A DNA stretch of 64,000 bases from a virus. Below the pieces are notes generated by a model. It did not search any database and had not been told where the DNA came from. It was given only the letters and a program-made list of their open reading frames with translations. The translations under genes were made by a program, and so were the position numbers. Numbering within the stretch: the first letter of the stretch is position 1; each line of letters opens with the position of its first letter. The stretch is from IMG/VR virus record IMGVR_UViG_3300010311_000130; one strand, written 5' to 3'. Of the stretch, positions 46,438 through 56,192 are shown one piece after another.

Positions 46438-47634
46438 TTATTCTCTCCTTTGATTCAATTTAATAGTGTGCTTAGTGACAAGCCCGTTTCCTTCTTCAAA
46501 AATGAGCATTGTCGCACTCGCATTAGATGATCTCATAAGGCTGGTACTATAATCATCAATACCAATAATGCTTCCAACTGAAATCCCTTCACAGTCAAAT
46601 CCGTATTCTTCAGCGTGATGTTTGTGTCCACCTATGAGATAATCAACTCTAAGACCATAAAGCCTTGAAAGATTGTCAATGGCGGTCTTGAGAGATTTTA
46701 CTTCTCCATGTATTCCCATAAGATTATATCCAACGACATTAGCGTAGATATAGCCAGTAGGATTCTGAGTGATAGTTACGCAAGGATTGTCCTGCAAGCG
46801 TGTCTTAATCGTATGAATAATTACCTTGCTAAGATTTTCACCCTTAAAGGCATTCTTGGGTGCGGAGCAAAGTCTAAGCTGGTTGTGGTTACTGTCCTCT
46901 ACCATCTGTAAATCTACATTTACAAATTTGCTGACTTCATTTATCCAATTAGCCATGAAATCGGCATAGATAAGGGCAGAGTCAATAACACCCCATCTAA
47001 GCTTAAGCAAATTGTCGGTTAAGCGCAAAAGTCCGTCGTTGTCATCTCCAAGACCAAAGATATGCAGAGATGTTATATTTTCTCTCTCACAAATCTCCTT
47101 GACTTTATCTCTTAGATACCACATACGCTGATAGAATATTTCGGGGCTATAAGAATTAAGAACTTCTCCGAATAAGCCCTTAATCTCAAATTCAGTATTG
47201 AAATGTGCATCAGCCAAGCAAAGAACTGCACCACGATTATTCTCGGCGATACTTCTCGGAGAAGGAACATCAATAGGCGTAAGATTTGCTATACCATCTG
47301 CAATTCTTTCATACACCATTTCTTCTCTGGCATTATCTCTAAGCCAACGATTATATTCCAGTTTATCAGTCTGCAACTTCTTGCGTTCTTTTTCAAGCTC
47401 ACGCTTCTGGATTTCAAGTTCCTTGCCAACAGAATCAGCATTGCCAACACACTTCTTAATGGCACTATCCATGAGATTCCAATACTCGTAAGCTTTTCTA
47501 TAACAAGCCTCAGAATAATCACGATGTAGCCTTTGATTTAATACATTGGCAACTTCCTGCCAACTTCCGTACTGCTCCTTTTTAGAACATACTTCCCAAA
47601 TAACAATGTATTCAGAATCGGTAAACTTCTTCAC
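46438..47634 (-). CDS. Calcineurin-like metallophosphoesterase with N-terminal HTH/coiled region
   Basis: Motifs LADAH, LGDDNDG, DSNH, GIHGE, GGHKHH. Confidence 0.85.
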   Translation of the reverse strand: MKKFTDSEYIVIWEVCSKKEQYGSWQEVANVLNQRLHRDYSEACYRKAYEYWNLMDSAIKKCVGNADSVGKELEIQKRELEKERKKLQTDKLEYNRWLRDNAREEMVYERIADGIANLTPIDVPSPRSIAENNRGAVLCLADAHFNTEFEIKGLFGEVLNSYSPEIFYQRMWYLRDKVKEICERENITSLHIFGLGDDNDGLLRLTDNLLKLRWGVIDSALIYADFMANWINEVSKFVNVDLQMVEDSNHNQLRLCSAPKNAFKGENLSKVIIHTIKTRLQDNPCVTITQNPTGYIYANVVGYNLMGIHGEVKSLKTAIDNLSRLYGLRVDYLIGGHKHHAEEYGFDCEGISVGSIIGIDDYSTSLMRSSNASATMLIFEEGNGLVTKHTIKLNQRRE

Positions 47635-47693
47635 CTCTTTTTATTCCTCCTTATTATTCTCTCGGATTGAATTATCCAAATCTGTCGGATTGA

Positions 47694-47870
47694 TTATGTG
47701 GGTTCTTCGCACGAAACCACAATTGTTACGTCCTTGCCGTTTAGTCTGTCTATACTATCTGCTAACACCACAGGCTCATCATCTCCACGCTCGATGGCAA
47801 TAATGCCGTCATCAAGATTGAGAACGCCTGAGATTGTGAATTTATTATTCCAACCGTCTTTTGTCGCCAT
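47694..47870 (-). CDS. YonK-like small protein
   Basis: Start ATG 47870 behind AAAGGAG; G.L.LD...I....L...LNGK.V.I.V..EE pattern recalls SPbeta YonK. Confidence 0.5.
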   Translation of the reverse strand: MATKDGWNNKFTISGVLNLDDGIIAIERGDDEPVVLADSIDRLNGKDVTIVVSCEEPT

Positions 47871-47986
47871 ACTATCTCCTTTTGCACAAATCGCATTTTT
47901 TGGGAACGTCGTTTTCACAAAATTGCATATTTTTTCTAAAGGTGAGTAGGGAAGTACCCTATAATCTCTGCGCCCACGGGCTACCC

Positions 47987-49411
47987 TTAAAAACTTATAT
48001 TATCTCCCATTACAGGAATATGAACTTTTGCACTCCTGTCTGCCTTGCTCAAACTATCACGCAACAGCTTTGCAAATTCTTCCTTGCCAGATTTCTCACC
48101 ATGCACCAAATAAATCTTATTATATGGCATAGCGATATATCTGTCAAGCAATTCCGACCTACAAGCGTGACTTGAAAATGATGTAAGTTGCATTACATTA
48201 GCTCTGCTTCTCACACGCTCACCGTCTATTGTTACCCATTTCTTGCAATGCTGAATTTGATAAGCAACACTGTTTTCATCGCCTGCGTACCCACAGAGGC
48301 AGATACGAGCGTTTTCATTTGGCAATACGGATTTGAGCCAACTTACCACACGACCTGCTTTAAGGAAGTTGGAAGTCGTTATGACCACCTGCGAAGTCTG
48401 CAACTTCTGCCATTGCTGAGATTCCTCATAGGTGCCAACCCATACGATGTTCTTCCAAGAGATAACTTTCTTCCAAAGGTTATTATCCCTTTCTATAAGT
48501 TTATCCCATATATCAGTAATCTTCCTGCCCAATGGCGCGTCTATTATAATTGGGGTTGCAAATGTTTCATCTTCACCGTATATCTTATACAGTGTAGTTA
48601 ATATATCCTGTAAGCGATTAAGTGAGAATGAACCAAATACAACCTTTTGTGTGTCGTGCTGACAACACTGGTCAACAACACACTTAATTTTTTCAATATC
48701 TTTAAGTCTATCTTTCTGCTTATGTGTCTTGTGGCTTCCACCATAAGTACACTCAGCCAGTAATATATCACAGTAGGGCATAGGCTCATAAGGTAAAAGA
48801 TATTCTTTATCTATGTCACTTCCAATGTCACCAGTAAATCCCAAGACTTTAGTGGCTTCACCAATCTTAAAGCTCAGTCGCACCTGTGCCGCATTAACAA
48901 TATGGCTTGCGTGATAATAATGCAAAGTCAAATCGTCAAATAGAACTATGTCCTCGCCAAACGGTAATTCAACCAAATGTTCAAGTGCAATCTCAATATC
49001 TTCTTGTGTGTATAAAGGTGTTGCGTTCATATCATAACGCTTTTCAAGTTTTACACAGTCGCCCTCAAATATCTTGAGACTATCTTCCCACATTATACGG
49101 GCAAGTAATTTGTTGCCTTTGGGGATATAAACATTGCCACGATAGCCACGAGCAAACAGATAAGGAACTACACCACAATGATCTATATGAAAATGGCTGA
49201 TAATTACAGCGTCAAGGTCGGCAAAAGGGATTTTATAATTCCTATGGTTGACCTTATACTGTTTAAGAATATCATCTCCACTCGTCTGATATAATCCAGC
49301 ATCCAAAAGAATTTGCTTGTCATTATAGGCGATATAGTACATTGAGCCAGTAACACCATCACCAGATTTACCAACAAATTCTATTTTTACCTTTTCTTTA
49401 CTTTTTGCCAT
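47987..49411 (-). CDS. MBL-fold beta-CASP ribonuclease
   Basis: LLDAG, SHFHIDHCG (HxHxDH), ASHI, FTGD, AECTYG, FSSHAC and LVHGE motifs intact. Confidence 0.9.
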   Translation of the reverse strand: MAKSKEKVKIEFVGKSGDGVTGSMYYIAYNDKQILLDAGLYQTSGDDILKQYKVNHRNYKIPFADLDAVIISHFHIDHCGVVPYLFARGYRGNVYIPKGNKLLARIMWEDSLKIFEGDCVKLEKRYDMNATPLYTQEDIEIALEHLVELPFGEDIVLFDDLTLHYYHASHIVNAAQVRLSFKIGEATKVLGFTGDIGSDIDKEYLLPYEPMPYCDILLAECTYGGSHKTHKQKDRLKDIEKIKCVVDQCCQHDTQKVVFGSFSLNRLQDILTTLYKIYGEDETFATPIIIDAPLGRKITDIWDKLIERDNNLWKKVISWKNIVWVGTYEESQQWQKLQTSQVVITTSNFLKAGRVVSWLKSVLPNENARICLCGYAGDENSVAYQIQHCKKWVTIDGERVRSRANVMQLTSFSSHACRSELLDRYIAMPYNKIYLVHGEKSGKEEFAKLLRDSLSKADRSAKVHIPVMGDNISF

Positions 49412-49422
49412 GAGGCGACACC

Positions 49423-50049
49423 TCACAGTATAGAATCAAGGTCTGTAACTACTTCGTCAACCACGCCCAGTTCAATCTGCTCAGAAGTGGGCAAATACCA
49501 ATCTTTAGACTGATTTTTCTTCATCAAGGATTTATCAATCTTAGTCTTGCTTACGATAAACTCCCTCATTTCTTCAATCATCTTTTTATAAGACTTGGTG
49601 CTTTCCTGTATATCCTCATAATTACCACTAATTCCTTGCGCGCTACCACTATGGATGAGTACCTGTGATCTCGGCATACAATATCTCTTGTGTCCTGCCA
49701 TAAGAATAAGCCCAGCTGCACTATATGCACAATTCATATTGACTGTAATTATAGGAGTCTTTGATGTTTCCATAATTGCAATAGTGGCATATGTACTATC
49801 TAAACAACCGCCGCCCGAATTTATAAGTATAACTATCGGAGTGCGCTCATCAACCGACTTGTCCTTATCTTCACGATTATACTCAATAATCTGTCTGCCA
49901 ACCTCACGCAGAAGTGTATCGTCTATATCGTAGTCAATAAATATAAGGCGATTCTTTCTATCGGCGTAAGCGTCAAGCAACATGGGATTTGGCAGTTTGA
50001 GATTTTCAAGTTCCGTAGGTATTTCCAGAAGCATTGTATTTTCGTCCAT
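49423..50049 (-). CDS. ClpP-like serine protease
   Basis: INSGGG, CAYSAAG (catalytic Ser) and LIHSG (catalytic His). Confidence 0.88.
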   Translation of the reverse strand: MDENTMLLEIPTELENLKLPNPMLLDAYADRKNRLIFIDYDIDDTLLREVGRQIIEYNREDKDKSVDERTPIVILINSGGGCLDSTYATIAIMETSKTPIITVNMNCAYSAAGLILMAGHKRYCMPRSQVLIHSGSAQGISGNYEDIQESTKSYKKMIEEMREFIVSKTKIDKSLMKKNQSKDWYLPTSEQIELGVVDEVVTDLDSIL

Positions 50050-50099
50050 AATAAATTCCTCAATTCATAATAAAATCGGTTATCCAACCGCCTGATTGC

Positions 50100-50294
50100 T
50101 CAGGATTTGATATCGCCGTATGTCTCTACGACCTTAACATTCTTATTGAACTCGTCAAGCAGAGCAAGGATATAACGATTCTCTGCACACCAATATGTAT
50201 GCCTGTGGCTACACTGTCTCGAAGTGCGTGTTATGCCTTCCTTGACTCCATTGGCTCTAAGGAACTCTGACTGCTCTTTTGTAATCTGAATCAT
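50100..50294 (-). CDS. Small hypothetical protein
   Basis: First ORF downstream of the RNAP gene; plausible composition. Confidence 0.55.
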   Translation of the reverse strand: MIQITKEQSEFLRANGVKEGITRTSRQCSHRHTYWCAENRYILALLDEFNKNVKVVETYGDIKS

Positions 50295-50380
50295 TAATTT
50301 TCACATCTTTCGTGTTTTTATTTATGAACACTCGTTCAAATGCTCATATTTGCAAAAAAGAGATAAGACAAAAAAAGACA

Positions 50381-50412
50381 AGGGAGTATAAGCGTTCTTC
50401 TTACTACTCCCT
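50381..50412 (-). terminator. Terminator-like hairpin after the RNAP gene
   Basis: AGGGAGTA/TACTCCCT stem followed on the minus strand by TGTCTTTTTTT. Confidence 0.6.
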
Positions 50413-50513
50413 TCAATCTTTAAGAGTGGCGTTGCCGCCTGTGTATCTTCTCTTTCATATAGTCCCAAGTTTTTGAACTTTTTTTGGTAGAAACAACGAT
50501 ATATAGCGGATTG

Positions 50514-53162
50514 TCAAAGATTTTCGGTTGTATGCCCCTTAATGCTATGATGATTTGTCCGTTTATCTTTGCTATTTATATACTTTAATCTATACTTTTT
50601 CTGACACTCAGAGCAACGACATTTACCATTAACTCTCTTTATCTCAACCCCACAATCAACACACACATATCCGTACTTCAACTTATTAGCCTGTATATTT
50701 TCATAGACTATATCGCCATAAACATGGAAGAAAAATTCCTTGCAACGAGAGTCTTTAAAAATATTATGATCCTTAAACATATCCTGAATAAGCATATCGC
50801 ATATCTCATATTGGGCATAATCGAATTGTTGCATAACCGATACAATATCGTTGATAGCCACAGAATTATTTATTTCTTCTTTCCCATGTTTGAGTTTTAC
50901 TGTCGATACGACATCACTATATGCCCTTAAAACACTTTCGTCCACTTCAATATCTGGGTTATTCATTAACATACGATAGTCAAATCTGCATTTATCTGTA
51001 AAACCAAGCTTAAATTCATTTTCGGGATAGAGTGTTTTGATACGATTTACTATGCAATCATTGATAGGTTCAAGTTGCTCTGGTTTTTTATCTTTTGCAT
51101 ATTCAAAGAATGCTGGCAATTTCTTATTTACATATTTAGAAATAGTTTCCTTAACATTCTTCGGCGGTGTGCTTTTGTATAAAGTTTTGGCGAAATCTAT
51201 AATTTCATTATTGACCATTGTACTGAATTTCAAACAATCAATAGCCTCTTGTCTTGTTTCGGGTTTTCTAATTTCTTGACTATTCTTTATTTTACTAATA
51301 TTATTGCTTATCACTCCAATATTACCACCAGTAAACGCAACAGACAGTCCTTTGTATCTGCTTTCACTTGTTATAGGTTCTTTAGCTGCTTTACGCATAT
51401 TATAATACAAAGACACAATGCCAGTTTGATTTCTTTTAGCAACATCAATAATATTCTGGTCTTGCAGAACAAGTGTTCTGTCACCGTCAGTGTCAAACTG
51501 CAAAATTTTACTAATTACATCATGTGTGCTTGTGTAACACCCTTTAGTCAAAAACCATTTTTCTTTTTCTTCATCAGTAACATTTCGACGTATTGCGTGT
51601 TCAAAATATAAGTGAGGACTCCTAAGACAATCTACTTCTTTGCCAAACTCGTGCAATTTACAATATACCTCGCCATCAGCCAATAATCCCGTCGGAACTT
51701 GAATACCCATAAACAACCATTCACTAAATGCATAAAAATCTGGAAGTAAAAATGTGTAATAGCCATTCACTCTAAATTTGGCGGAATATAAATCTTTTAT
51801 AAGTTTTTTTCTAAAATCACGAAGTCGGTCTCTGAAATAACTATCTTTTATTAATCCATTATATTCCATAAGGCATTTTTGCATACCATTATACTTATAA
51901 TAAGGCTTACCTTCTTTAATGCCAAACATTTTAAACTGCACTTCTTTATCAGAACAAATTCCATTAATAAAGCTGACACTATCCGAACACATCTTCTTTA
52001 GTTCAATATCTTTATAATCTATGAAACTTTGAATCATCTGGTAATTGATAGAAGCTCTTTTAAAATAATCTTCCTCTACATTGCACTTGCCAGCACGACA
52101 ACCATACTTTTTAAAACGACTCTTATAATCGTCCCAACTATCATAATAAGCAGCCATTTTAAGTTGACTCTTTGTGAAAATTATTTGTATATTATCTTCA
52201 AAAATATCCCATTCTTTGCCCCACATATCTTTCACTTTTGTAGAACAACCATTTTCCTTTATAAATGCCTTAAAATCAAATACTCCAAGCAATCCTTTTG
52301 TCCACGGCATACGCACCATAAAATTTTTATCACTTAATTCTGGGCTAATCATTCCACAACCATCCGTATGGGAAATGGGAACTGGCATAGTTTGACGAGT
52401 AATACTATAATCCCTATCATCAACATAATCAACTTCTGTAACTACATTAGTCTCAAAATCATCAACTACAATACATCTATCTATATCAAAATCTTTCCAT
52501 TCTTCTGTAGCCGATCCGCAGAGCGCAAGATAAGCATTGTATTTATTGAGATTCATACCGCCTTTACTATTAATTTCCTCTACAGTAAGACCGCAAGCAA
52601 GTCTATTCCAATTCTTATTAAGTAAATCTTCTCGTACAAATACAGCCTTCTTAGTGCGGATTTGACCCGCACTACTTGCAAAGTACACATATTTAACACC
52701 GTTATGATAAAAGCCACTATGTATTAAATGTTCAAGTATTTCAAAGTAGAATACTGATATAACCATCATTTGCTCATTAACTTCTGTGTTTTCTACGGTT
52801 TGACGCACATCGAGATTTAATGGTTTCATATTTAAGCAACGAGTTAATTCACTATCAAAAACCGATATTCTATTGTAAGGATTAAGCTTTGCAGGATTGA
52901 CGCTCCTACGGCGAGACATATTGCATCTCATCATAGAAATAAGTTTTTCTTTCGACAAAGCAAGTTTCTTTGATACTTCATTATATTTGTCTTGCACAAT
53001 AATACGCACAGCATCGTCCAAATCTTTGTTCTTTAAACACTCTCGATAACATCCTTTAACATTGCGGAGTTTGTACATTTTTTGTTCAAGGTTTCGTTCT
53101 TCGTCGAAATAGAACGCGCTGGTGTCCAATCCATATATACAATATTGTCTATCAAGTGCCAA
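50514..53162 (-). CDS. yonO: YonO-like single-subunit double-psi beta-barrel RNA polymerase
   Basis: TTG start behind GGAGGG; SSAGQIRTKKAVF, HTDGCGMI, RMPWTKG, LRSPHLY and the Mg-binding LQFDTDGD motif; 882 aa. Confidence 0.9.
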   Translation of the reverse strand: MALDRQYCIYGLDTSAFYFDEERNLEQKMYKLRNVKGCYRECLKNKDLDDAVRIIVQDKYNEVSKKLALSKEKLISMMRCNMSRRRSVNPAKLNPYNRISVFDSELTRCLNMKPLNLDVRQTVENTEVNEQMMVISVFYFEILEHLIHSGFYHNGVKYVYFASSAGQIRTKKAVFVREDLLNKNWNRLACGLTVEEINSKGGMNLNKYNAYLALCGSATEEWKDFDIDRCIVVDDFETNVVTEVDYVDDRDYSITRQTMPVPISHTDGCGMISPELSDKNFMVRMPWTKGLLGVFDFKAFIKENGCSTKVKDMWGKEWDIFEDNIQIIFTKSQLKMAAYYDSWDDYKSRFKKYGCRAGKCNVEEDYFKRASINYQMIQSFIDYKDIELKKMCSDSVSFINGICSDKEVQFKMFGIKEGKPYYKYNGMQKCLMEYNGLIKDSYFRDRLRDFRKKLIKDLYSAKFRVNGYYTFLLPDFYAFSEWLFMGIQVPTGLLADGEVYCKLHEFGKEVDCLRSPHLYFEHAIRRNVTDEEKEKWFLTKGCYTSTHDVISKILQFDTDGDRTLVLQDQNIIDVAKRNQTGIVSLYYNMRKAAKEPITSESRYKGLSVAFTGGNIGVISNNISKIKNSQEIRKPETRQEAIDCLKFSTMVNNEIIDFAKTLYKSTPPKNVKETISKYVNKKLPAFFEYAKDKKPEQLEPINDCIVNRIKTLYPENEFKLGFTDKCRFDYRMLMNNPDIEVDESVLRAYSDVVSTVKLKHGKEEINNSVAINDIVSVMQQFDYAQYEICDMLIQDMFKDHNIFKDSRCKEFFFHVYGDIVYENIQANKLKYGYVCVDCGVEIKRVNGKCRCSECQKKYRLKYINSKDKRTNHHSIKGHTTENL

Positions 53163-53686
53163 TTTTCAATCCCTCCATTCTCAATCTGCTCCAATTTATC
53201 GGATATGTAATCTCTATACCATTGTTTCGGCATAACCCTTATTTTTGAACATGAAATTGCTATGCGAATTAATTTGATGTGATGTAATCTACAATATTCT
53301 TCCTTTAATCTATCAGACTTGCGCACATTACTATATTTCTTGCTGGCACTCCTATGGCTTTCATCATCAATTTCTAAAAGGTATTTTAAAGAACCGTCTT
53401 TATTAAATATTCCAAAATCAAAGCGATATTTATTATTATCACCACCCAAAAAATCATCAAATGTACACTGTGGCAAAATATCTATGTAGTGTTCCGTATA
53501 CCAATCCCAAACAGCTTTTTCTGATAATTTTAGACTACATACTGGACACCACTTACCCTTTTGTAGATTATTAAGTGATATATCCCATTCAAAATTATGT
53601 TCTAAACACTTAACTTTTACAGGAGTAGAAGCATTTATATATTTACCAATCCTAATTCCATTTCTTGACGTTACAATATTATCCAT
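53033..53686 (-). CDS. Zn-ribbon plus PD-(D/E)XK-like endonuclease (homing-nuclease type)
   Basis: VKCLEHNFEW...GKWCPVC, YRFDF...LLEID..SH, SDRLKEEYC...IKLIRI; frame stays open 32 codons upstream of the ATG with a GIYQIVNRISGK stub. Confidence 0.75.
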   Translation of the reverse strand: MDNIVTSRNGIRIGKYINASTPVKVKCLEHNFEWDISLNNLQKGKWCPVCSLKLSEKAVWDWYTEHYIDILPQCTFDDFLGGDNNKYRFDFGIFNKDGSLKYLLEIDDESHRSASKKYSNVRKSDRLKEEYCRLHHIKLIRIAISCSKIRVMPKQWYRDYISDKLEQIENGGIENWHLIDNIVYMDWTPARSISTKNETLNKKCTNSAMLKDVIESV

Positions 53687-53782
53687 ATCTTTTTCAAAAT
53701 TTCCAGCCCTACCACAACAATATGGACAACCATGTTTGCCACTAATTCTATTAACTATCTGATATATTCCGACGGTAAGCCA

Positions 53783-53908
53783 TCACCTCCAACAAGTCTT
53801 GCACTCAAAGCCAAATGAATCTTTGTGACACATAACGCCCTTACGCTTGCAAAACTTGTAATCTGCGCTGTCACAAACCACCATCGAATACTTATCTGTG
53901 AGTATCAT
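53783..53908 (-). CDS. 41-aa Cys-rich protein
   Basis: GGAGGAG RBS; five cysteines. Confidence 0.5.
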   Translation of the reverse strand: MILTDKYSMVVCDSADYKFCKRKGVMCHKDSFGFECKTCWR

Positions 53909-54021
53909 TCAAAACTCCTCCATTTCTATTATCATCTTTATAGGCTAAAATCGTTTGTAGCAAAAACAATATAAGTTTACCACGAAATCGTCAGAATCAA
54001 TTTTAGCCTATTAACTTCCTA

Positions 54022-54327
54022 TTAGAAACCACCTGTAATAGTCTCTATTCTATCCGACATATTCTTCAGACTGTCAATATAGTCTTTTACACACTTTACC
54101 TTGCCGCTTTCAATGTCTCTAAAGGCTGAATCTTTTACCACAGCTCTCAGAAGCATCTCAAGGGTAGAGTAGTAGCCTATAACATCTGTGAACTCCTTAA
54201 ACTCACCAGTTCCCTTGCCATTCTTGCCAAGCTCCATCTTCTCTCTTGTCTCTGTGTAGTACAGTGTGTGATTGCCATACTTGTCAATATCATACGAATA
54301 TCCAGCCACAATCGGTATTTTTACCAT
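54022..54327 (-). CDS. Hypothetical protein
   Basis: AAGGAG RBS; GYYSTLE.LL segment. Confidence 0.65.
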   Translation of the reverse strand: MVKIPIVAGYSYDIDKYGNHTLYYTETREKMELGKNGKGTGEFKEFTDVIGYYSTLEMLLRAVVKDSAFRDIESGKVKCVKDYIDSLKNMSDRIETITGGF

Positions 54328-54637
54328 TCTTCTTCTCCTTTCTGATTATTACTCCTCGTTTTTTATAGGCAATTCTGTATATTCCTCTCGCAAATGCTTC
54401 AACTCTATCCCCGAATGTCCAAAGCATTACTCCGAGGAACACAACATTTACAATTGGCATCAGCCCCAAAATGCCAACAGACACAAGCCGATCTGTGTAA
54501 TAATCTCTATCAAACTCAGCTTTGCCTTTACCATACAGCAGATTGAGGGCGCATCTATCTATAATGGCATATGTCGCCACGCAGCACAACGCAACAAATA
54601 TGTCCAACCCTAAGTCACACAAGATAATCCTTAACAT
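54290..54637 (-). CDS. Membrane protein
   Basis: Two hydrophobic helices; start moved to ATG 54637. Confidence 0.55.
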   Translation of the reverse strand: MLRIILCDLGLDIFVALCCVATYAIIDRCALNLLYGKGKAEFDRDYYTDRLVSVGILGLMPIVNVVFLGVMLWTFGDRVEAFARGIYRIAYKKRGVIIRKEKKNGKNTDCGWIFV

Positions 54638-54809
54638 TAATCTCACCACTTTCAAGTTTGGCAAGAAACGCAAGCCCCATCTGCTCACTAATCTGCAATA
54701 AACTATTTACACCGTAATAATTCATTAGTGCCAGTAAACTGTCTGCTTGTTCCTTATCATGTGCAAATGCCTTTATCTTCTGTGTTGTTAATGTCGTCAT
54801 TGTTATCAT
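54615..54809 (-). CDS. Small hypothetical protein
   Basis: AAAGGA RBS; weak similarity to the upstream 63-aa ORF. Confidence 0.6.
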   Translation of the reverse strand: MITMTTLTTQKIKAFAHDKEQADSLLALMNYYGVNSLLQISEQMGLAFLAKLESGEINVKDYLV

Positions 54810-54948
54810 TCCTTTCTAAATACATTCGTGCTTGCTCGTCTGACACGTTGCTTAAATCACATATCTTCAACCAAGCCATCATATCTCGTAGCCCCGATCC
54901 GTACTTATCGCCCGTTGCCAATACCGCTTTTATTAGTGGCAGAGTCAT
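54757..54948 (-). CDS. Small hypothetical protein
   Basis: GGAGGAG RBS; ATGA-type coupling. Confidence 0.6.
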   Translation of the reverse strand: MTLPLIKAVLATGDKYGSGLRDMMAWLKICDLSNVSDEQARMYLERNDNNDDINNTEDKGICT

Positions 54949-55187
54949 TTCAACTCCTCCAATCTAATCTTGGCTGCATAAGTGCTCACCTTGCTTGGGC
55001 ATCCGTTGTTTGTAACTATATCATAATATGGGCAGATGCTACAATCAAAATCGTCGCCTGCTATACATTCACAAGCCTTGCGCAACCAGCCTTTCAATTC
55101 TTCTTTATAGGCATCACGTTCCTTGATAAGCTGATTAACGTATGCATTTAATTCGGGTTCAGAATACCATCTATTATTCACGTACAT
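54945..55187 (-). CDS. Small Cys-containing hypothetical protein
   Basis: C..C..CPY...GC pattern; GGGGAG RBS. Confidence 0.6.
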   Translation of the reverse strand: MYVNNRWYSEPELNAYVNQLIKERDAYKEELKGWLRKACECIAGDDFDCSICPYYDIVTNNGCPSKVSTYAAKIRLEELK

Positions 55188-55197
55188 TCTCCCCGCC

Positions 55198-55356
55198 TCA
55201 ATTAAAGAATTTATCCATAGTGATTCCTGCGGTCAGTAACTGCCATATTGCCATTACCATATACACAGTTTGTTCTCTGTGTGTCTTTGCCTTACCGTAC
55301 AGCGTCATGAATGTTGTGCCGCTTGCGACGAGTAGTAATGCTAATAAAAGAAACAT
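55198..55356 (-). CDS. Small membrane protein
   Basis: Start ATG 55356 behind AGAGGTG; two hydrophobic segments. Confidence 0.55.
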   Translation of the reverse strand: MFLLLALLLVASGTTFMTLYGKAKTHREQTVYMVMAIWQLLTAGITMDKFFN

Positions 55357-55357
55357 A

Positions 55358-55843
55358 TTATTCACCTCTTTTGAAAAATATTTCATAAATCGTAGTATCG
55401 TGATATCTGCCATCAAAATATCCCGACTGCCACAAACGTCCCGCAATTCTGCCTACATGAGCTTTTTCTACTAATCGCTCATAGAATTTGTTGACGGGGT
55501 TGTCGCTCCAAGCGCAGAACTCAGCCCTGCGGATTTCTTGTTGCGCCATCTCTTGAATACGGCGTACACAGTCCAACAGAAACATTTTGTTATCATCTGC
55601 GAAACCTATAAGACCAAAGTTATAGAGGCTTTTGGCTTGCCAATCTATCTGATATGAGAAGTAACCGTCTGCCTTGCCATCTTTGTCCAGATGCACAAAG
55701 TCATGACGAGTTTCATTGTTATCAGGAATAGACAATTCATAAGCAGAGCCACTAAAATAATACTTGTACTTTGGGTCATACCACGCAGAGATTAGCTTGC
55801 GCTTCAGTTCTTCTCTATATAACTGTGCTGGGTAAAGCATCAT
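55358..55843 (-). CDS. GNAT-fold (RimJ/RimL-like) acetyltransferase-like protein
   Basis: Start ATG 55843 behind GAGGAGG; DGYFSY, DNPVNKFYERL and DGRYHD..IYEI resemble RimL-type GNAT elements. Confidence 0.55.
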   Translation of the reverse strand: MMLYPAQLYREELKRKLISAWYDPKYKYYFSGSAYELSIPDNNETRHDFVHLDKDGKADGYFSYQIDWQAKSLYNFGLIGFADDNKMFLLDCVRRIQEMAQQEIRRAEFCAWSDNPVNKFYERLVEKAHVGRIAGRLWQSGYFDGRYHDTTIYEIFFKRGE

Positions 55844-56040
55844 TTCGCCTCCTCGTTGAGCCAACGCTGAATGCAACGGTTGCACACTTCCGCATCTTGT
55901 TTGATGTAATTGGTGCAATCCCACTGTTTTCTCATAATGGCATCCACAACGCATTTCTCACCATGCGCCATTGCCAACTGAATGCCAGTCAACATATCAT
56001 ACTCATTGCACTTCAAAATATATTTTTCCCGATTTGTCAT
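55840..56040 (-). CDS. Small hypothetical protein
   Basis: Start ATG 56040 behind GAGGTG; C..CI..WLNEE ending. Confidence 0.6.
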   Translation of the reverse strand: MTNREKYILKCNEYDMLTGIQLAMAHGEKCVVDAIMRKQWDCTNYIKQDAEVCNRCIQRWLNEEAK

Positions 56041-56048
56041 ACTGCACC

Positions 56049-56192
56049 TCAATTCCATTCTCTTTGATATTCGTACCACGCTCGGCAGCCCTGATAAGCG
56101 TCAACGCTGTCGTATTCACTCTGTATATCATCCGTGTACACGTCGTCGCACGGAGCTAAAATCGTCTGCTTGTAAGCTGTGTAATCATCCAC
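56049..56192 (-). CDS. 47-aa acidic hypothetical protein
   Basis: GTG start behind AAGGTG, first ORF after the promoter at 56263-56291; below the ORF-track length cutoff. Confidence 0.45.
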   Translation of the reverse strand: MDDYTAYKQTILAPCDDVYTDDIQSEYDSVDAYQGCRAWYEYQREWN

